Source of the DNA: Fistulifera solaris
Lineage: Eukaryota
Reading direction: 5' to 3'
DNA length: 64,000 bases
Assembly (NCBI GenBank): GCA_030295235.1
Contig: AP026144.1
Span: forward strand, 372,001-436,000
A program made the translations under genes and the position numbers. Positions 11,313 to 23,664 of the stretch are shown here, piece after piece (positions within the stretch are counted from its first letter, which is position 1; the number at the start of each line of letters is the position of its first letter). The notes under the pieces were generated by a model. That model did not search any database. It saw only the letters and a list, made by a program, of their open reading frames with translations, and was not told where the DNA came from.

Positions 11313-12392
11313 TTAAATACCTAGTTGTAGCTGCATCCCTTGTCGACGGTGCATTTGCGCATCTCTTTGCTGTTCCAGTTCTTGTGCGGCGATCTCTTCT
11401 TGTCTCGAGTTCCAGGTACTTTTGTGATCCATGTAATCTGTATATACTTTGGTTTGAGAAGTCCGTTCCCTGTCGCGGAGCAACATCTTATTCTTCAATT
11501 CCAATGCTTCGGGAGGAACACTAGTAGATGGGATAGCAGAGCGCAAGTTATCAGCCGATTGGTTACAACAAATGGGATGCTTATCGTGTGACACAACGTA
11601 CCATTCAATTCGTACCGGATCATCCTTTTCGTGTAGCTGGTAGCGACAACACGGACAAAATACAATGCTGCTTTCGGCTGAACAGCTGATTCTACCGCAG
11701 TAGAGGCAGTTGACAGTAACATCGTGTCGTGTGCCAAAACAGTCACAAGGTTTTACCTTCGCATCGCCTTGCGGTGGCTTGCGCAGCGACGATAATTTCC
11801 GAAAGACAGGTTTTATAGCTAGTTGTGAACTTTCATTCTGCATTTGGGAAGATGAAGGCGTTGATGGAGGAATAGCATCATGATCGAAGGAAGCTTTTGA
11901 CGATGCTGGTTTTTCTTTCACCGATAACTTCTGCATGCTATTTTCAAGCACTTTCACGTTTCGAACAGATTTCGCGGCCGCTTCCAGATTTGACTGTTTT
12001 GTTTGATGTTTCATTTTGTCTGGTAACTTTGTTGGGCTGCTTTGTGGAAGAACTGGTCCAGAACTAGCTTTTGACTCTTCAACAACCAACGGCTGACCTT
12101 GCTGGTATCGAATCACATTGTCAACAAAGATATCAAATGTCGGTTGCTTGCGCGCTGAAGATCCTAACAGTTGCTCCAGATATTCCGATAAATCCTATAT
12201 TCCAGTGCGAGAGACGTTAGAATATGACGCGGCTCGTGTTTCTTTCGTTGCAGTAGATCAACTTACAGCCTTTGAGTCGATCGTAAACAAATGCTCCACG
12301 ATATCGCTTACGCCATCCGCGAAACCAAAAAGTTTAGCAAGCTGATCACTGAGGAGTGAAAGATCGATAGCTTTCTCATCATCGGTCGTCAT
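11313..12392 (-). CDS. ASC-1/TRIP4/Rqt4-like C2HC5 zinc-finger protein, without a visible ASCH domain
   Basis: CDCFGTRH...NCLYCGRISC...CPCC followed by ALELKNKMLLRDRE...TKVY.D. Upstream exon begins MTTDDEK...SDQLAKLL/GFADG. Probable introns near 12195-12266 and 11521-11601. Confidence 0.8.
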
Positions 12393-12602
12393 TGTGTTCG
12401 TTGAATATTATTTTGGAACTACTATTTTGCCGGCCTCGATGTGTGTTATGATTGAGCGGGGCGATTTGCAACAAAAAAGTAGTTCGTGAGTCAATTCGGT
12501 TTCGAGTCATAGATCGAAAAAACCTTTGCCGTGAAAACACAAAACTGAATATCAACCAACTAAATTGAAAATCGTACTAGAAGTCATTTCATTCAAAAGC
12601 AG

Positions 12603-15000
12603 CTACAAGAAGTAATCACTTGATATCTTTAACCCAGGCTGGGTCGACGTTAATGTGGGCCCTTGCATGATGCTGACTGGCGCGCTTTCTGTGGCACTGT
12701 CGGGAGAGATGTCGTATTCGCGGGGAGGCTCGGGGACTAAGAGATGTGGAGTCGGTGCCATTTCAGGTTCCTCGGAAGCATAGGCGCTCGATAGCTGCAC
12801 ATCGCTGTTCTCACTTGTATACACGTCGCTGCTCGCCCTCTTGCTCGCTGTGGAGTACGGTGCTGCCTCTCGGGCTTTATTGGGTAGCATGGAACTATTG
12901 CTGGCGAATGGGCTCGAATCGTCTTCTTCCACCATCATATCTTCCTTCAGACTTTCCAAGTAGTGGCCGCTACTTCTTCGACTTTTGAATTCAAGGCTGG
13001 ATTGGGAAGAATTCATACTTTCTCTGCTATCAACTTTTGCCCGGCTATGCATCCGTTCGCTTTTCTCTTGGAACTGGAAGTCACTAGAAAACCCAGATGC
13101 GTTCGAAGAACCCGTTCCTCTTGTTGATCGCCGTTGGCGTGAATCTTTGCCTGAGCTCGGATCGATTCTTGAAGCAGACGCCGCTGTGATCCCTCACTGC
13201 GCCCAATAAAGCGTTGAGCAAGAAGAATTTTAGGTACAAATATTAGCAGAAGGACAGCGGAAGCAATCGTAAAGATCATGAAAACAATAACCAAGTAGAA
13301 TGCTTGCGGTGACTCCTTGACAACAAATAGAATCGGAATACCGGAAAGCATGGCCTGAAGCAAGGAGGCCATGGATGTGGCAATATATTTTGACTCGGAA
13401 AACTCCGACTCGATGTAACGCGCTTCGTACGCTTGCCAGTTTGCCGCAGCGAGAAGACTGAGATTTACAGCAGCCAGTGGAAGAAGGAAGCGGAGAACGT
13501 TCTCTGATTTGCAGGCGCCGTACGTAGCAATAACGCGATCCCAGCCATCCAGACCAGGTAAGTCTTGCCGGGTATACGTCAGTGGATCGAGCACACTCCA
13601 GAGAGTCAATATCACAGTGTTTGCCATGAGAAGGCCAAAGAAAGGCAAAGCAACATCCTTGGGCTTAATCTCAACTCGCGCAAATCGCGACTTGCTGTGG
13701 AAGATTTTGTTCACGCGCATCGTCTTGGCAAAGAGAGCAGAAAAACTGATTGTAAAGCCTGTGGACGCAAGCCAGGGAACAGACATGCAAATAAGTTTGG
13801 CTTCTGTATCCGAAGGATCAAAAGGAATGCCGTTGTCGTCAAAGGAGAGCGGAATGAGAGACGACGCGAGAACCAACACACCAGCGGCGACCATTATCAA
13901 GAAAAACGGTTGCGCAGCTTTCACGATAATCAAATTTCGGTAAACGAGAACCCAGCATGAAAAGCCGATCGCAGCAGCTGCGATGAGGGCGAATAGGCAG
14001 AAGCCAACAATGTCGAGCGAGCCGATGAGGTTGTTATCGACCTCCAATGGTGGTAGTTCAAGTGGAATCAGTAAATGGGACAGGACGTTTGTCCCAATAA
14101 TATCTCCTTTTATGGGCTGGTCTTGGATCAGCTTGATTAGCGTATCCACAGACAACAGCCCCATCTCATATGGCAACTGTCCTACGAGACCCTGGACGTA
14201 CCCTCTATCGAGAAATTCCAGTTGATTCGGCATTGCATCTCCCGAGACCAGCGTAATGTTCTTGCTTCGATGTTCGTTGACAAAGTCCTTCCAGCAACAA
14301 CTCCTCATCGGTGCTCCCATGACCGGAACAATCGCCGTCGGAGGAGGATCATAACGAGCGAACTCCTGCATTTTCTCAATCGCTATCGACACATTAGCGG
14401 CAATATCAGCAGGAGAGTCTATCACTTCTCTCCACAGAACTCCTTTCTCCCGTTTCATTTCCTCCTGGAAGCCGCGAACGCGTTCTTGAAGATTCGGACT
14501 ATCAAACGTCGTCAGTAACGCATAAGTTCCTCCGTTCGGTTGCAATTGTTTGAGAACCTTGGCAATCTGGGCTCCAAAGAAAGTATTATCAGTGCCGATG
14601 TATGCCTGTCTATTAGAAAGTGGTGCGTCACTGTCGAAGGTAACGACGGGGATTCCTTTCTCGACCGCACGATTGATAACATCGACAATAACTTCGGCGT
14701 TTCGGACGCTGATTGTTATACCGTCTACGAGGTCATTGTTGATGAGATCTGCAATTATTTCAGACTGCTGAATTCCCAGTTCATCCTCTTCTTCTGTTTC
14801 CGGTCCGACATAGGTACAGTTGACCTCCACGTTCATACGACCCCCGAGAATGAGGGCACCATCGATGCAACCTTCTCGGGCACCGTCGAAGTAAGGGTTT
14901 GTAAGCGCCTTAGTCACCATCGCAATTCTAATCACCCCTTTGCGTCCTGCGCTCGAGCCAGCAGGAATGGGAGGAGGGTTATCAATGTCTTGAAGTACAT
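12603..15000 (-). CDS. Class C (GABA-B-like) 7TM GPCR with an RbsB-like periplasmic sugar-binding ectodomain, copy 1
   Basis: Signal peptide MYFKTLITLLPFLLARA. PBP motifs NPYF, PVVTFDSD, YIGTDN, ERVRGF and GQLPYEMG. 7TM motifs VKAAQPFFL, FSALFAKTMRV, EFSESKYI and LIFVPK. Indels near 14935 and 13130. Ends SDYFL. Confidence 0.9.
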
Positions 15001-15581
15001 GACAGACCGTCCCGTTTTCGATAATCGTATTTTTCCTCCTGGATAAGTTCTTAGTGAAGGTAAAATGACACAGATAAAAACTTCCTAAACGTTTTCTCTT
15101 TCCCCCCTCACGGTTTCCCTTTCTTGCTTGCGTTAGGTAGTGTTTCGTATCAAAGGGAAGCAAAAGAATGGCACAAGCTTCATCAAAGCGGAACGTGCGT
15201 TATAGTTATATATCTTTTTTTCGTCGCCGTCGCTGCGCTTGTTACTTTTCTTGCTTTGAATTGTCACTTCAATCCAGTCATCAGTCGGAATGACCACTAC
15301 TCTATCCGAGATAGAACTCAAGCGAATACGAAAACCGATATCTTCTATGTCCAGCAGCTATCCAGCTACAGTAAGAGGCTACCAACTGTCCTATGTCAGA
15401 TGTCTGATTTCGAAGGCCTTATTTTCTCTGTAGAAAAACGCAGAGTCAATTCTGCTTTCGTATTGGAGTAGTATCTAACCAGTCTACAAAGTAGAGTCTC
15501 AAACGGGGCATAAGATGATTTATGTCCTAATGGCTTCCCCCTAACGTTTCAAGAACGCAAAGCACCTCAACGACTACTCAT

Positions 15582-15666
15582 CAGGAAGGTGCGGGAAAAA
15601 GTGTACACTCACGTAGGCCCCCGTAGAGATATGTACCAAGCAGAGGTGCGTTCCCGTGTCTCCCAG
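15582..15666 (+). repeat. 85-bp dispersed non-coding element, copy A
   Basis: Matches the reverse complement of 33950-34034 at 77 of 85 positions. The core 15612-15666 matches at 54 of 55. Confidence 0.9.
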
Positions 15667-16043
15667 GCCAAAGTCAAAATTCAAAATTCAAAACTTCATC
15701 GTAGAAAGCCTGAATTTTGAAACCATTCAATGCTAAGAAACGCTCACTTTGAAACTTTTGTCAATTTATTTTTAGAATAAATCAATATTTCATACATTTT
15801 TTGCTAAAAACAGCAAAAAACAATGATCCAAAAATTGGCGACCGCGACGAAGCCAGTCTTCTTCGAATTTCAACGCGAAAAAAAGCGAAACAACGATGAG
15901 ATTATTTTAGTGAGCCAAATTCTTGCCATCCGCAGATCGTGATGGTCTCGCAACTACTAGCTACGACAACAAACTACGGTACATCGTAAGGTAGTCAAAA
16001 GAAAACATTTACGTCTACGAGGTAACGATGATGGGGTGCCCGA

Positions 16044-18421
16044 CTACAAGAAATACTCGCTCGGCTTTTTCTTCTTTGGCACTGTCGTACGGGCTGATTC
16101 CGGTGGAGGTAACTTTTGCCCGTGATCCGCCATAAGATGAGCGTTACTGATTTGGTGTTCTTTCGGTGGCTCTGGCACCACAAGCTTCGATGTTTTTCCC
16201 GATGTCATCGACGATAGATTAACTGCAGCTTGATCGGTGTTTGCGAGCTCCACGTCGCTGCATTCACTCGGCCACGCCTCGCTGTCGGATGTCTTGTTTC
16301 CAATGAACTGGGGCATATTCTGCGGCGCCTCCGGTGGTGAGCTATCTTCCTCGATCATTACGTCTTCCTTCAAGCTTTCCAAGAAATGGCTATTTCGTTT
16401 GTTCTTGCCGCCGCGAGTGGAGTGCGATGATTTCACGCTTTCGCGACCATTCACTTTTACACCGTTGCCATCCGGTCCTTGAGACTCACATGACGACGCA
16501 GCGGAAAATCCACCCGATGGATTCGAAAGACCTGAAATATTAGAGGATCGTTGAGGACGCGCGTCTTTGGCTCGAGCCCGGATGGACTCTTGGATGAGAC
16601 GACGTTGCGAACCATCACTGCGCCCGATAAATGGTTGCGCAAGAATGACCTTGGGGACAAAGATCAGCAAAAGGACAGCTGATGAAATGATGAAGATCAT
16701 AAAGACAATAACTAAGTAGAATGCTTGAGGCGACTCGCGGACAACGAACAGTATCGGAATACCAGAAAGCATGGCTTGGAGAAGTGAAGCCATCGACATG
16801 GCGATGTACTTGGACTCCGAAAATTCAGACTCGATGTAACGCGCTTCGTACGCTTGCCAGTTTGCCGCAGCGAGAAGACTGAGATTTACAGCAGCCAGCG
16901 GAAGAAGGTAATGGAGAACGTTCTCTGATTTGCACGTGCCGTAAGTGGCGATAACTCGATCCCAACCATCTAGGCCAGGTAAGTCCTGCCGCGTATACGT
17001 CAATGGATCGAGTACACTCCAAAGCGTCAAAATCAGCGTATTTGCCGTGAAAAGGCCAAAGAAAGGCAAAGCAATATCTTTTGGCTGAATTTCAACGCGG
17101 GCAAAGCGAGACTTGCTATGAAAGATCTTGTTGACGCGCATCGTCTTGGCAAAGAGCGCAGAGAAGCTGATGGTAAAACCAGTGGAAGCCAGCCAGGGAA
17201 CAGACATGCAAATAAGTTTGGCTTCTGTATCCGAAGGATCAAAGGGAATGCCGTTGTCGTCAAAGGAGAGCGGAACGAGAGACGACGCGAGAACCAACAC
17301 ACCAGCGGCGACCATTATCAAGAAGAACGGTTGCGCGGCTTTCACGATGATCAAATTTCGGTAAACGAGAACCCAACATGAAAAGCCGATCGCAGCAGCT
17401 GCGATGAGGGCAAATAAGCAGAGGCCAACGATGCTGAGCGAACCGATAAGGTTGTTATCGACTTCCATGGGCGGTAGTTCGAGAGGAATTAGTAAATGGG
17501 ACAACACGTTTGTGCCAATAATATCTCCTTCAATGTCCTCTTTTGGATCAGCTTCAAGAGTGTTTCAACAGACAACATACCCATCTCATAAGGCAACTGC
17601 CCGACAAGACCCTGGACATATCCCCTATCGAGGAACTCCAACTGATTCGCCATTGCATCTCCCGAAACCAGTGTGATGTTTTTGTCTCGATGTTCGTTGA
17701 CAAAGTCCTTCCAGCAACAACTTCTCATCGGTGCCCCCATAACCGGAACGATCGCCGTCGGGGGCGGGTCGTAATTGGCAAACTCTTGCATCTTTTCAAT
17801 AGCAATATCAATATTGCTTTCGATATCAGCAGGAGAGCCCGGTACTTCTCTCCACAACTCTCCTTTCTCACGCTTCATTTCCTCCTGGAAACCGCGAACG
17901 CGCTCTTGAAGGTTAGGACTCTCGAGAGACGTTATCAGTGCATAAGTGCCTCCATTCGGCTGCAACTGCTTGACGACTTTAGCAAGCTGCGCCCCAAAGA
18001 AGGTATTGTCTGTACCGATGTAAGCACTTCGCATAGAGTCCGGTGAATCGCTGTCAAACGTAACGACAGGAATACCTTTTGCTACAGCACGGTTGATAAC
18101 CTCAAGCAAGGTCTCCGCGTTACGGGCACTCACAGAGATACCATCTACGAGATCGTTATCGATGAGATCGGCGATGATTTCAGCTTGCTGGATACCAAGA
18201 ATGTCTTCATCATCCTGTAGGGGGCCCACGTAACTACAATTTACTTGCATGTTCATGCTATCACCGAAGATGAGGGCACCATCAATGCAGCCGTCTCCGG
18301 CCACATCGAAGTACGGATTGGCAATGGACTTCGGCACCAGCGCGATTCTCGTCACGCCATTCGCATCCTGCGCTCGGGCTAGCAAGAGTGGAAAGAATGT
18401 TAGCAATGTTAGAAAGTTCAT
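16044..18421 (-). CDS. Class C (GABA-B-like) 7TM GPCR with an RbsB-like periplasmic sugar-binding ectodomain, copy 2
   Basis: Tandem paralog of 12603-15000 with the same motifs. Signal peptide MNFLTLLTFFPLLLARA. ORFs 17489-18463 and 16044-17507 join across an indel near 17540. Ends SEYFL. Confidence 0.9.
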
Positions 18422-19933
18422 GTTACTCTTTTTATGATCTACTTCTTCGTTTTCATCTGACACCTCGGATTGATAATGTCAAAAGTTAGGTCAGGAAGAT
18501 GATGCACACCTCGAACGAGAAATGAGAAAAGAAAGACATCTTCGTGATTTGTGGCATCAGACATCCAAGGGCTTGCGCTTCGGGTTTTTGATTGCAAAAA
18601 TAGTAAAGACAATACGATAGTCGCATGCCATAACTACCGAAGATGACTCTGTGAAACACACTTCCTACTTCCTGCTCAGAATGGCTTTCTGCGTCAGGCC
18701 AGGACATTTTGTTTTCTTGCAATTTACTAATGATGGCTACTGATTTTAGTTTTCACCGTGTTACAAGTATTAAGAGTTTGAATGAAAATCGTCGAGGGTC
18801 TTGGTCAATAGTTGTCAGTGGTTAGCTTTCAGTCTTTTGTTTGCTGCGAATATTAAATGCTAATTGCTAAGATCTTGTCGTGATATCGTTCTGCCGTCCT
18901 GCTTCAAAAGATCTTGAGAGTAGGGTACCAGGTAGGGATAGGACGTTAGTTCAATAAATTCTATCCATTTTTATTCTCTCTCTCCTGGGCTCCTGGGTAA
19001 AGGGTGAAGAATGAGAAATGAGAATGGGAACTCCAGGAACTGGCTTATGACTCAAAACTCAAAATAATAATGAGTACGCATGACAACCGAAGATGATTGA
19101 GTGACAATTGATAGGAAAATGTGATGACCGGCGCCAGAGACGACCTGAACATTGAATCTGGCTCTTGCTCTTGGCTCTTAACTCTGATCCTGCCCTTTTG
19201 CATTTTCCTTCCTTCCGCCTCTTATCCGTGCTCTCTGCACCCTGCACCCGACACATTGTTTCATTTTTTTGAACCCTGATGTTTCGGTGATGTGATTGGT
19301 GATACTTGATCTTAAGTCTAAGCTAATTCGTAAAAGACAGAAGGCCATAAACAGTGGACCCTGTCATTATTCATTATCAGATATCAGAGATCGGAATTTG
19401 GTGTTTGGTTGGTTATCGTCAAAAAGTCATACAAGTTGATCCCTCATCGACATCCCCCATCGCCCGTCGTAAAGACCTTTTGATGACCTTCAAGTTCAGG
19501 CTTGTAAGGCCTAGCATCCAGGAAAGAGTTTGAGCGTATCTTTTATACTCGTACAGTATGTCCTCAATCTACGTGAGGGCCAAAACATGGGCGATAACTC
19601 ATGACTGAATTCAGACATATAAAAGCTAAATACATCATGGTTGAGGAGCCGCATCCATCAACACTAACGACATAACGAACGCCAAACGATACATGGTTGC
19701 GTTTCGTACTTATACATAGCTCATACAGATCCTTGTTACATTAATTCTGTGTGATATGAATTATCCGAATTTGTAGCATCAAGAGTGAGAAAACAAGCAG
19801 ATGAACTGGAATAAAGTTCTTGGCGAGGACCTTAATTTTCTAGGTACGAGCTGGCTTCAAGTTTAAAGTACAGCATTTTTTGTGCAATTTGTGCAAAATG
19901 GTATATGCAAAGCAAGACATAGACAACCCCACT

Positions 19934-21085
19934 TCAGCCTATCACAGCATACGGGCCGTTGGAGTTTTCGGGTGGGCATGCCGTAGGCACATCCCACTGA
20001 TAAATCCAGTCACTCATCGTTTGGGGTGCATCTGACTTGACGTTCACCGCCTGCGTGGCTCGTTGCTGGCTGGCGGCCTGCAAGTCGAGGCAACGTTGAC
20101 GGCGTTGTGGCGTATAGTGGAGCAGCGGCCCAGTGGCCAACGTGACGGCATCTTCCAATGCCAAGCACGCCGACTGTCCGTACGATCCACTCATGCAGTG
20201 GGCGGCATCTCCGACCAAGACCACATTCCCGTGCACCATATCCTCAGGAATATCGGCTTGTCCCGAGGGTTGAAAGAATACTTTGTGCGGAGGAGTGGCT
20301 TGTACCAATTCCCGCCAGATTTCCGTCTCGGGACTCGTCAAGCGCGCAATGAGTTGATCAATTGACAAATTCACGGCTTCGGGGTTTTCGGTGGCTAGAG
20401 AAATCGCCCAGTAGTAATGATGGGGTCCGGAGGGTCCGAGGAAGCAAGCAACTTCCGGATTTCCCAGAAAACTGTACGTCGCATGACTTTCGAAATGAGG
20501 AGGGAGGTTCGAAAAGGGAATGGTGGCTTTCACGTTCAATCGAGGACTATACTGGAGAGGAGTTGGTCGAAAGGCAGATTTGCTTCCATCCGCTGCTACC
20601 AACAGGGTCCGGTCGGAAATCGGGTAGCGTTCTTCACCATCCTCCCGAGTTGCGGTTAAAATTCCCGCCGAAAAATCTTTCACGACAGTATCGAACTCGA
20701 TACAGAAGATATCTTGTGGAATTGCTTCGAACAAAAGCTTTCGGAGCAATCCCCATCGCATCATCAAGGTCCTCGTCCCTTGAGGAGGCAAAAGTGTGAT
20801 GGTATCGTACAAATCGTTACCGCTGGGCAAGATCATGTAATTCTTTTGCACTTCAACCGCATGATGAAGAACCGTTTGCAAGAGGTCTGCAGAAAGAAAC
20901 TGAAGAGCCTTCAACCCATTGTCGGAAAGCTGCACCGCTGCACCGGCTTCCGCATCATGAAAGGCCTCGCACGAGGACGCCTCTAAGATAGTAACTCTGG
21001 ATGCAAATGGCGAAAGGGCGATTGCTGTAGCTAATCCTGCAATGCTTCCACCGATGATAATCACTTCATCGTATTGTTTCGACAT
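19934..21085 (-). CDS. FAD-dependent monooxygenase (class A aromatic hydroxylase-like)
   Basis: IIGGSIAGL dinucleotide motif, VAADGSKS (DG motif) and VLVGDAAH...GQSACLALEDA (GD motif). Intact 383-aa ORF. Confidence 0.92.
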   Translation of the reverse strand: MSKQYDEVIIIGGSIAGLATAIALSPFASRVTILEASSCEAFHDAEAGAAVQLSDNGLKALQFLSADLLQTVLHHAVEVQKNYMILPSGNDLYDTITLLPPQGTRTLMMRWGLLRKLLFEAIPQDIFCIEFDTVVKDFSAGILTATREDGEERYPISDRTLLVAADGSKSAFRPTPLQYSPRLNVKATIPFSNLPPHFESHATYSFLGNPEVACFLGPSGPHHYYWAISLATENPEAVNLSIDQLIARLTSPETEIWRELVQATPPHKVFFQPSGQADIPEDMVHGNVVLVGDAAHCMSGSYGQSACLALEDAVTLATGPLLHYTPQRRQRCLDLQAASQQRATQAVNVKSDAPQTMSDWIYQWDVPTACPPENSNGPYAVIG

Positions 21086-22097
21086 GATTGATTAGTAATG
21101 AGAATGTGGTTAGTAATTGTATTGAGCATCATACTCATCGCATTCAACAGACAACGCAACGTTTTTGAACCCTGTTCGGCTCCGTTTGTCACTCTACGGA
21201 GGACCTGTACACATGGCAACGCGAATGCGGAATGCCAATTTTTTCTCACCGGTTGTTGGTATAATCCATTAGTGTAGGCTGGTGTCCGCCCCTTCTGTCA
21301 TTTTCTATAAGAAAAGCATTTTGTATTGTGTAGAAAGTAGAAGGAATTCTGCGCAAACCACGGCGTTCGAAATTGGAAAGAATGACGTTTTTTCTTAATT
21401 ACGAATTACGACTATAATTACCTGGTACGACAGAGGCAACGCGTTGATTGTTGGGAGATGTGACTTCCCTTTGGTTGAGATGATGGAAGGACGTAATATT
21501 TTTTATCTAGACAACAACCGGTCGATTCTGAGATGAAAGATACACTTTAGCGCTTCGCTAGACATGCTGTCAGCGATGTTGTCATCCTATCTTGTGCGGC
21601 CTCTTCTGGAAAGCGAACAAACGGGTAGTAAACAACAACAGCGAACAACCTCATTTTCCGTTAGTCATGTTTCGTCGAGGAGAGATTATTGGCTACAAAG
21701 TATCTTTAAATTCATAAGAGAATCCTCTAAAGAACTTTTACGTTAGAGAAATCTCCCCTGGTCTTTAAATCATGGCTGAGAGCCGATGTTGACGCTAAAG
21801 AGGCAGCTCGGATGGACTAGCGGATTACCTAAACCGACGAAAGCCATAAAATGCTGGTTGTTTTTCTTTCTGGTGATAATAATAATAATAATGCTTTGGA
21901 GATGACCTTTGTGGTGAACGACACCAGTCATTCACCTTTCCTTTAAAGAACGCGATAGCCGATCCTCGGGTTGATACTACTACGGACTCAAAGCAATATA
22001 GCAAGCTGTCGCCAGAATTTATCATACACACCTGCTGATCAACAACGTTCTAGCTTCATAATTTAATATCGCCTTTAATAAAACTTAACAAACATCA

Positions 22098-23664
22098 TTA
22101 GACAAGTCCTACCATGACGAGGGCGAGGCCGAACGAGAGTACGGCGCATCGATAAGCCCCCGAGGAGGATACAGGCGGCGTTTCAACAGCCACCGGAGTG
22201 GATGAAGGTGGGATCGTAGTGCCTCCTTGTGGTGGAGCCGTCAGCGTCTCCGTGGGCGTGCTCACCGGCACACTTGTCGGTGGATCTGATTCATCAACGG
22301 TCTCCGCGCTAGGCGAACCAGTGACATCATCCGGAATTAAGCTTGGGATGTCAGACAAATCAGATGCGGATGGACTAGGGGCAGGTGTATCGTTCTCAGT
22401 GACTCCTTCTCCCTCGGCGGGCTCTTCAGGTCCAGTAGGTTCTCCTTCGCCATCAGTTCCATCTACGGGGCCTTCTCCATTGGTTCCATCGCCTGGTGCT
22501 TCGCCATCAGTGCCATCAGTTCCATCGCCAGGGCCCTCACCGTCAGTACCATCGCCAGGACCATCTCCATCAGTGCCATCGCCAGGACCATCTCCGTCAG
22601 TGCCATCGCCAAGACCATCTCCATCAGTGCCATCACCAGGACCATCTCCGTCAGTGCCATCGCCAGGACCATCTCCGTCAGTGCCATCGCCAAGACCATC
22701 TCCATCAGTGCCATCCCCAGGACCATTTCCATCAGTGCCATCTCCGGGACCATCTCCGTCAGTGCCATCGCCAGGACCATCTCCGTCAGTGCCATCACCA
22801 GGACCATTTCCATCAGTGCCATCACCAGGACCATTTCCATCGGTACCATCTCCGGGACCTTCACCATCGTCGGGCTGATTATCCGTTTCCGGTTCTTCGG
22901 GTGTTCCAACGGGAGCTTGCACAGGTTGTTCATTGTCTGTCTCTTTTCACAGGAGCCCCTGCCGGGGCTTTGACTGGAGCAGCAACGGGAGCTTTTACAG
23001 GGGCTGCTACGGGTGCTTTTACCGGAGCAGCAACAGGAGCAGCGACAGGCGCTTTCACTGGAGCAGCGACAGGCACTTTCACTGGAGCAGCGACAGGCAC
23101 TTTCACTGGAGCAGCAACCGGGGCGGCAACAGGAGCAGCGACAGGCGCTTTCACTGGAGTAGCAACCGGGGCGGCAACAGGAGCTGCAACTGGGGCACCA
23201 TCTGCTGGACAAAGTTCTACACATACTTGCGAGATATCGAAGATATTCAGTCTTGGGCAAGGGCATCCGTTCGGCTGGTTAGAGCAGCTGTCGGTACATC
23301 CATCGACATAACAGTCAGCAACCGAGCTACAGGTTGAACTTTCCGCCGTGTAAGGTCCATCGCATTGGGTGGTTACTCGGAAAGTAAAACTCTGGCCGCT
23401 GCCACACAAATCTGGGCAGTAAATTTGGTCAACAGGAGTGGCTGTTGATGCATCATGAGTTCCTTCGTATTCACATCCTTGAGGCGTTGCCAACAAAGGG
23501 ACAGTGTGACGAAGTTGACGGGCGCTTCGTTTGAAAGCAATACTTGCCTCCCATTGGTCGAAAAGCGTCTCGTCGACACCCTTGTAACCCAAGAACGACG
23601 AGGAGAATTGGGAGGCTTCGACAGCGATAAGCCAGGTTGGAAAGATGGTTGCAAACGTTTTCAT
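22098..23664 (-). CDS. Secreted or GPI-anchored surface protein with a Cys-rich domain, (A/K)APV repeats, GDGTDGDGP repeats and a S/T/P stalk
   Basis: Signal peptide [17 protein letters not shown]. ORFs 22930-23691 and 22098-22922 join by removing one base in the run at 22943-22947. Hydrophobic C-terminus follows SSSGA. Confidence 0.8.
22445..22870 (-). repeat. 27-bp coding tandem repeat, about 15 units of GDGTDG(D/N/E)G(P/L)
   Basis: Directly visible as ccatctccgtcagtgccatcgccagga repeated on the + strand. Confidence 0.95.
22945..23200 (-). repeat. 12-bp coding tandem repeat, about 21 units of (A/K)(A/V/T)PV
   Basis: Directly visible; translates as [11 protein letters not shown]... Confidence 0.9.

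Noticed and set aside
15001..15163. N-terminal extension of GPCR copy 1 given in the ORF track
   Set aside because: The paralog shows the true start is the ATG at 15000 in another frame, joined by an indel near 14935.
15680..15721. 11-bp inverted repeat ttcaaaattca / tgaattttgaa
   Set aside because: Short and AT-rich, part of a small caaaatt microrepeat, with no TSD or second copy.
22198..23337. Opposite-strand or alternate-frame ORFs (PSPGPSPSV)n, (TGAA)n and (HQCHRQD)n as extensin-like or metal-binding proteins
   Set aside because: They are shadows of the tandem repeats. Only the minus-strand frame has a signal peptide and an anchor.
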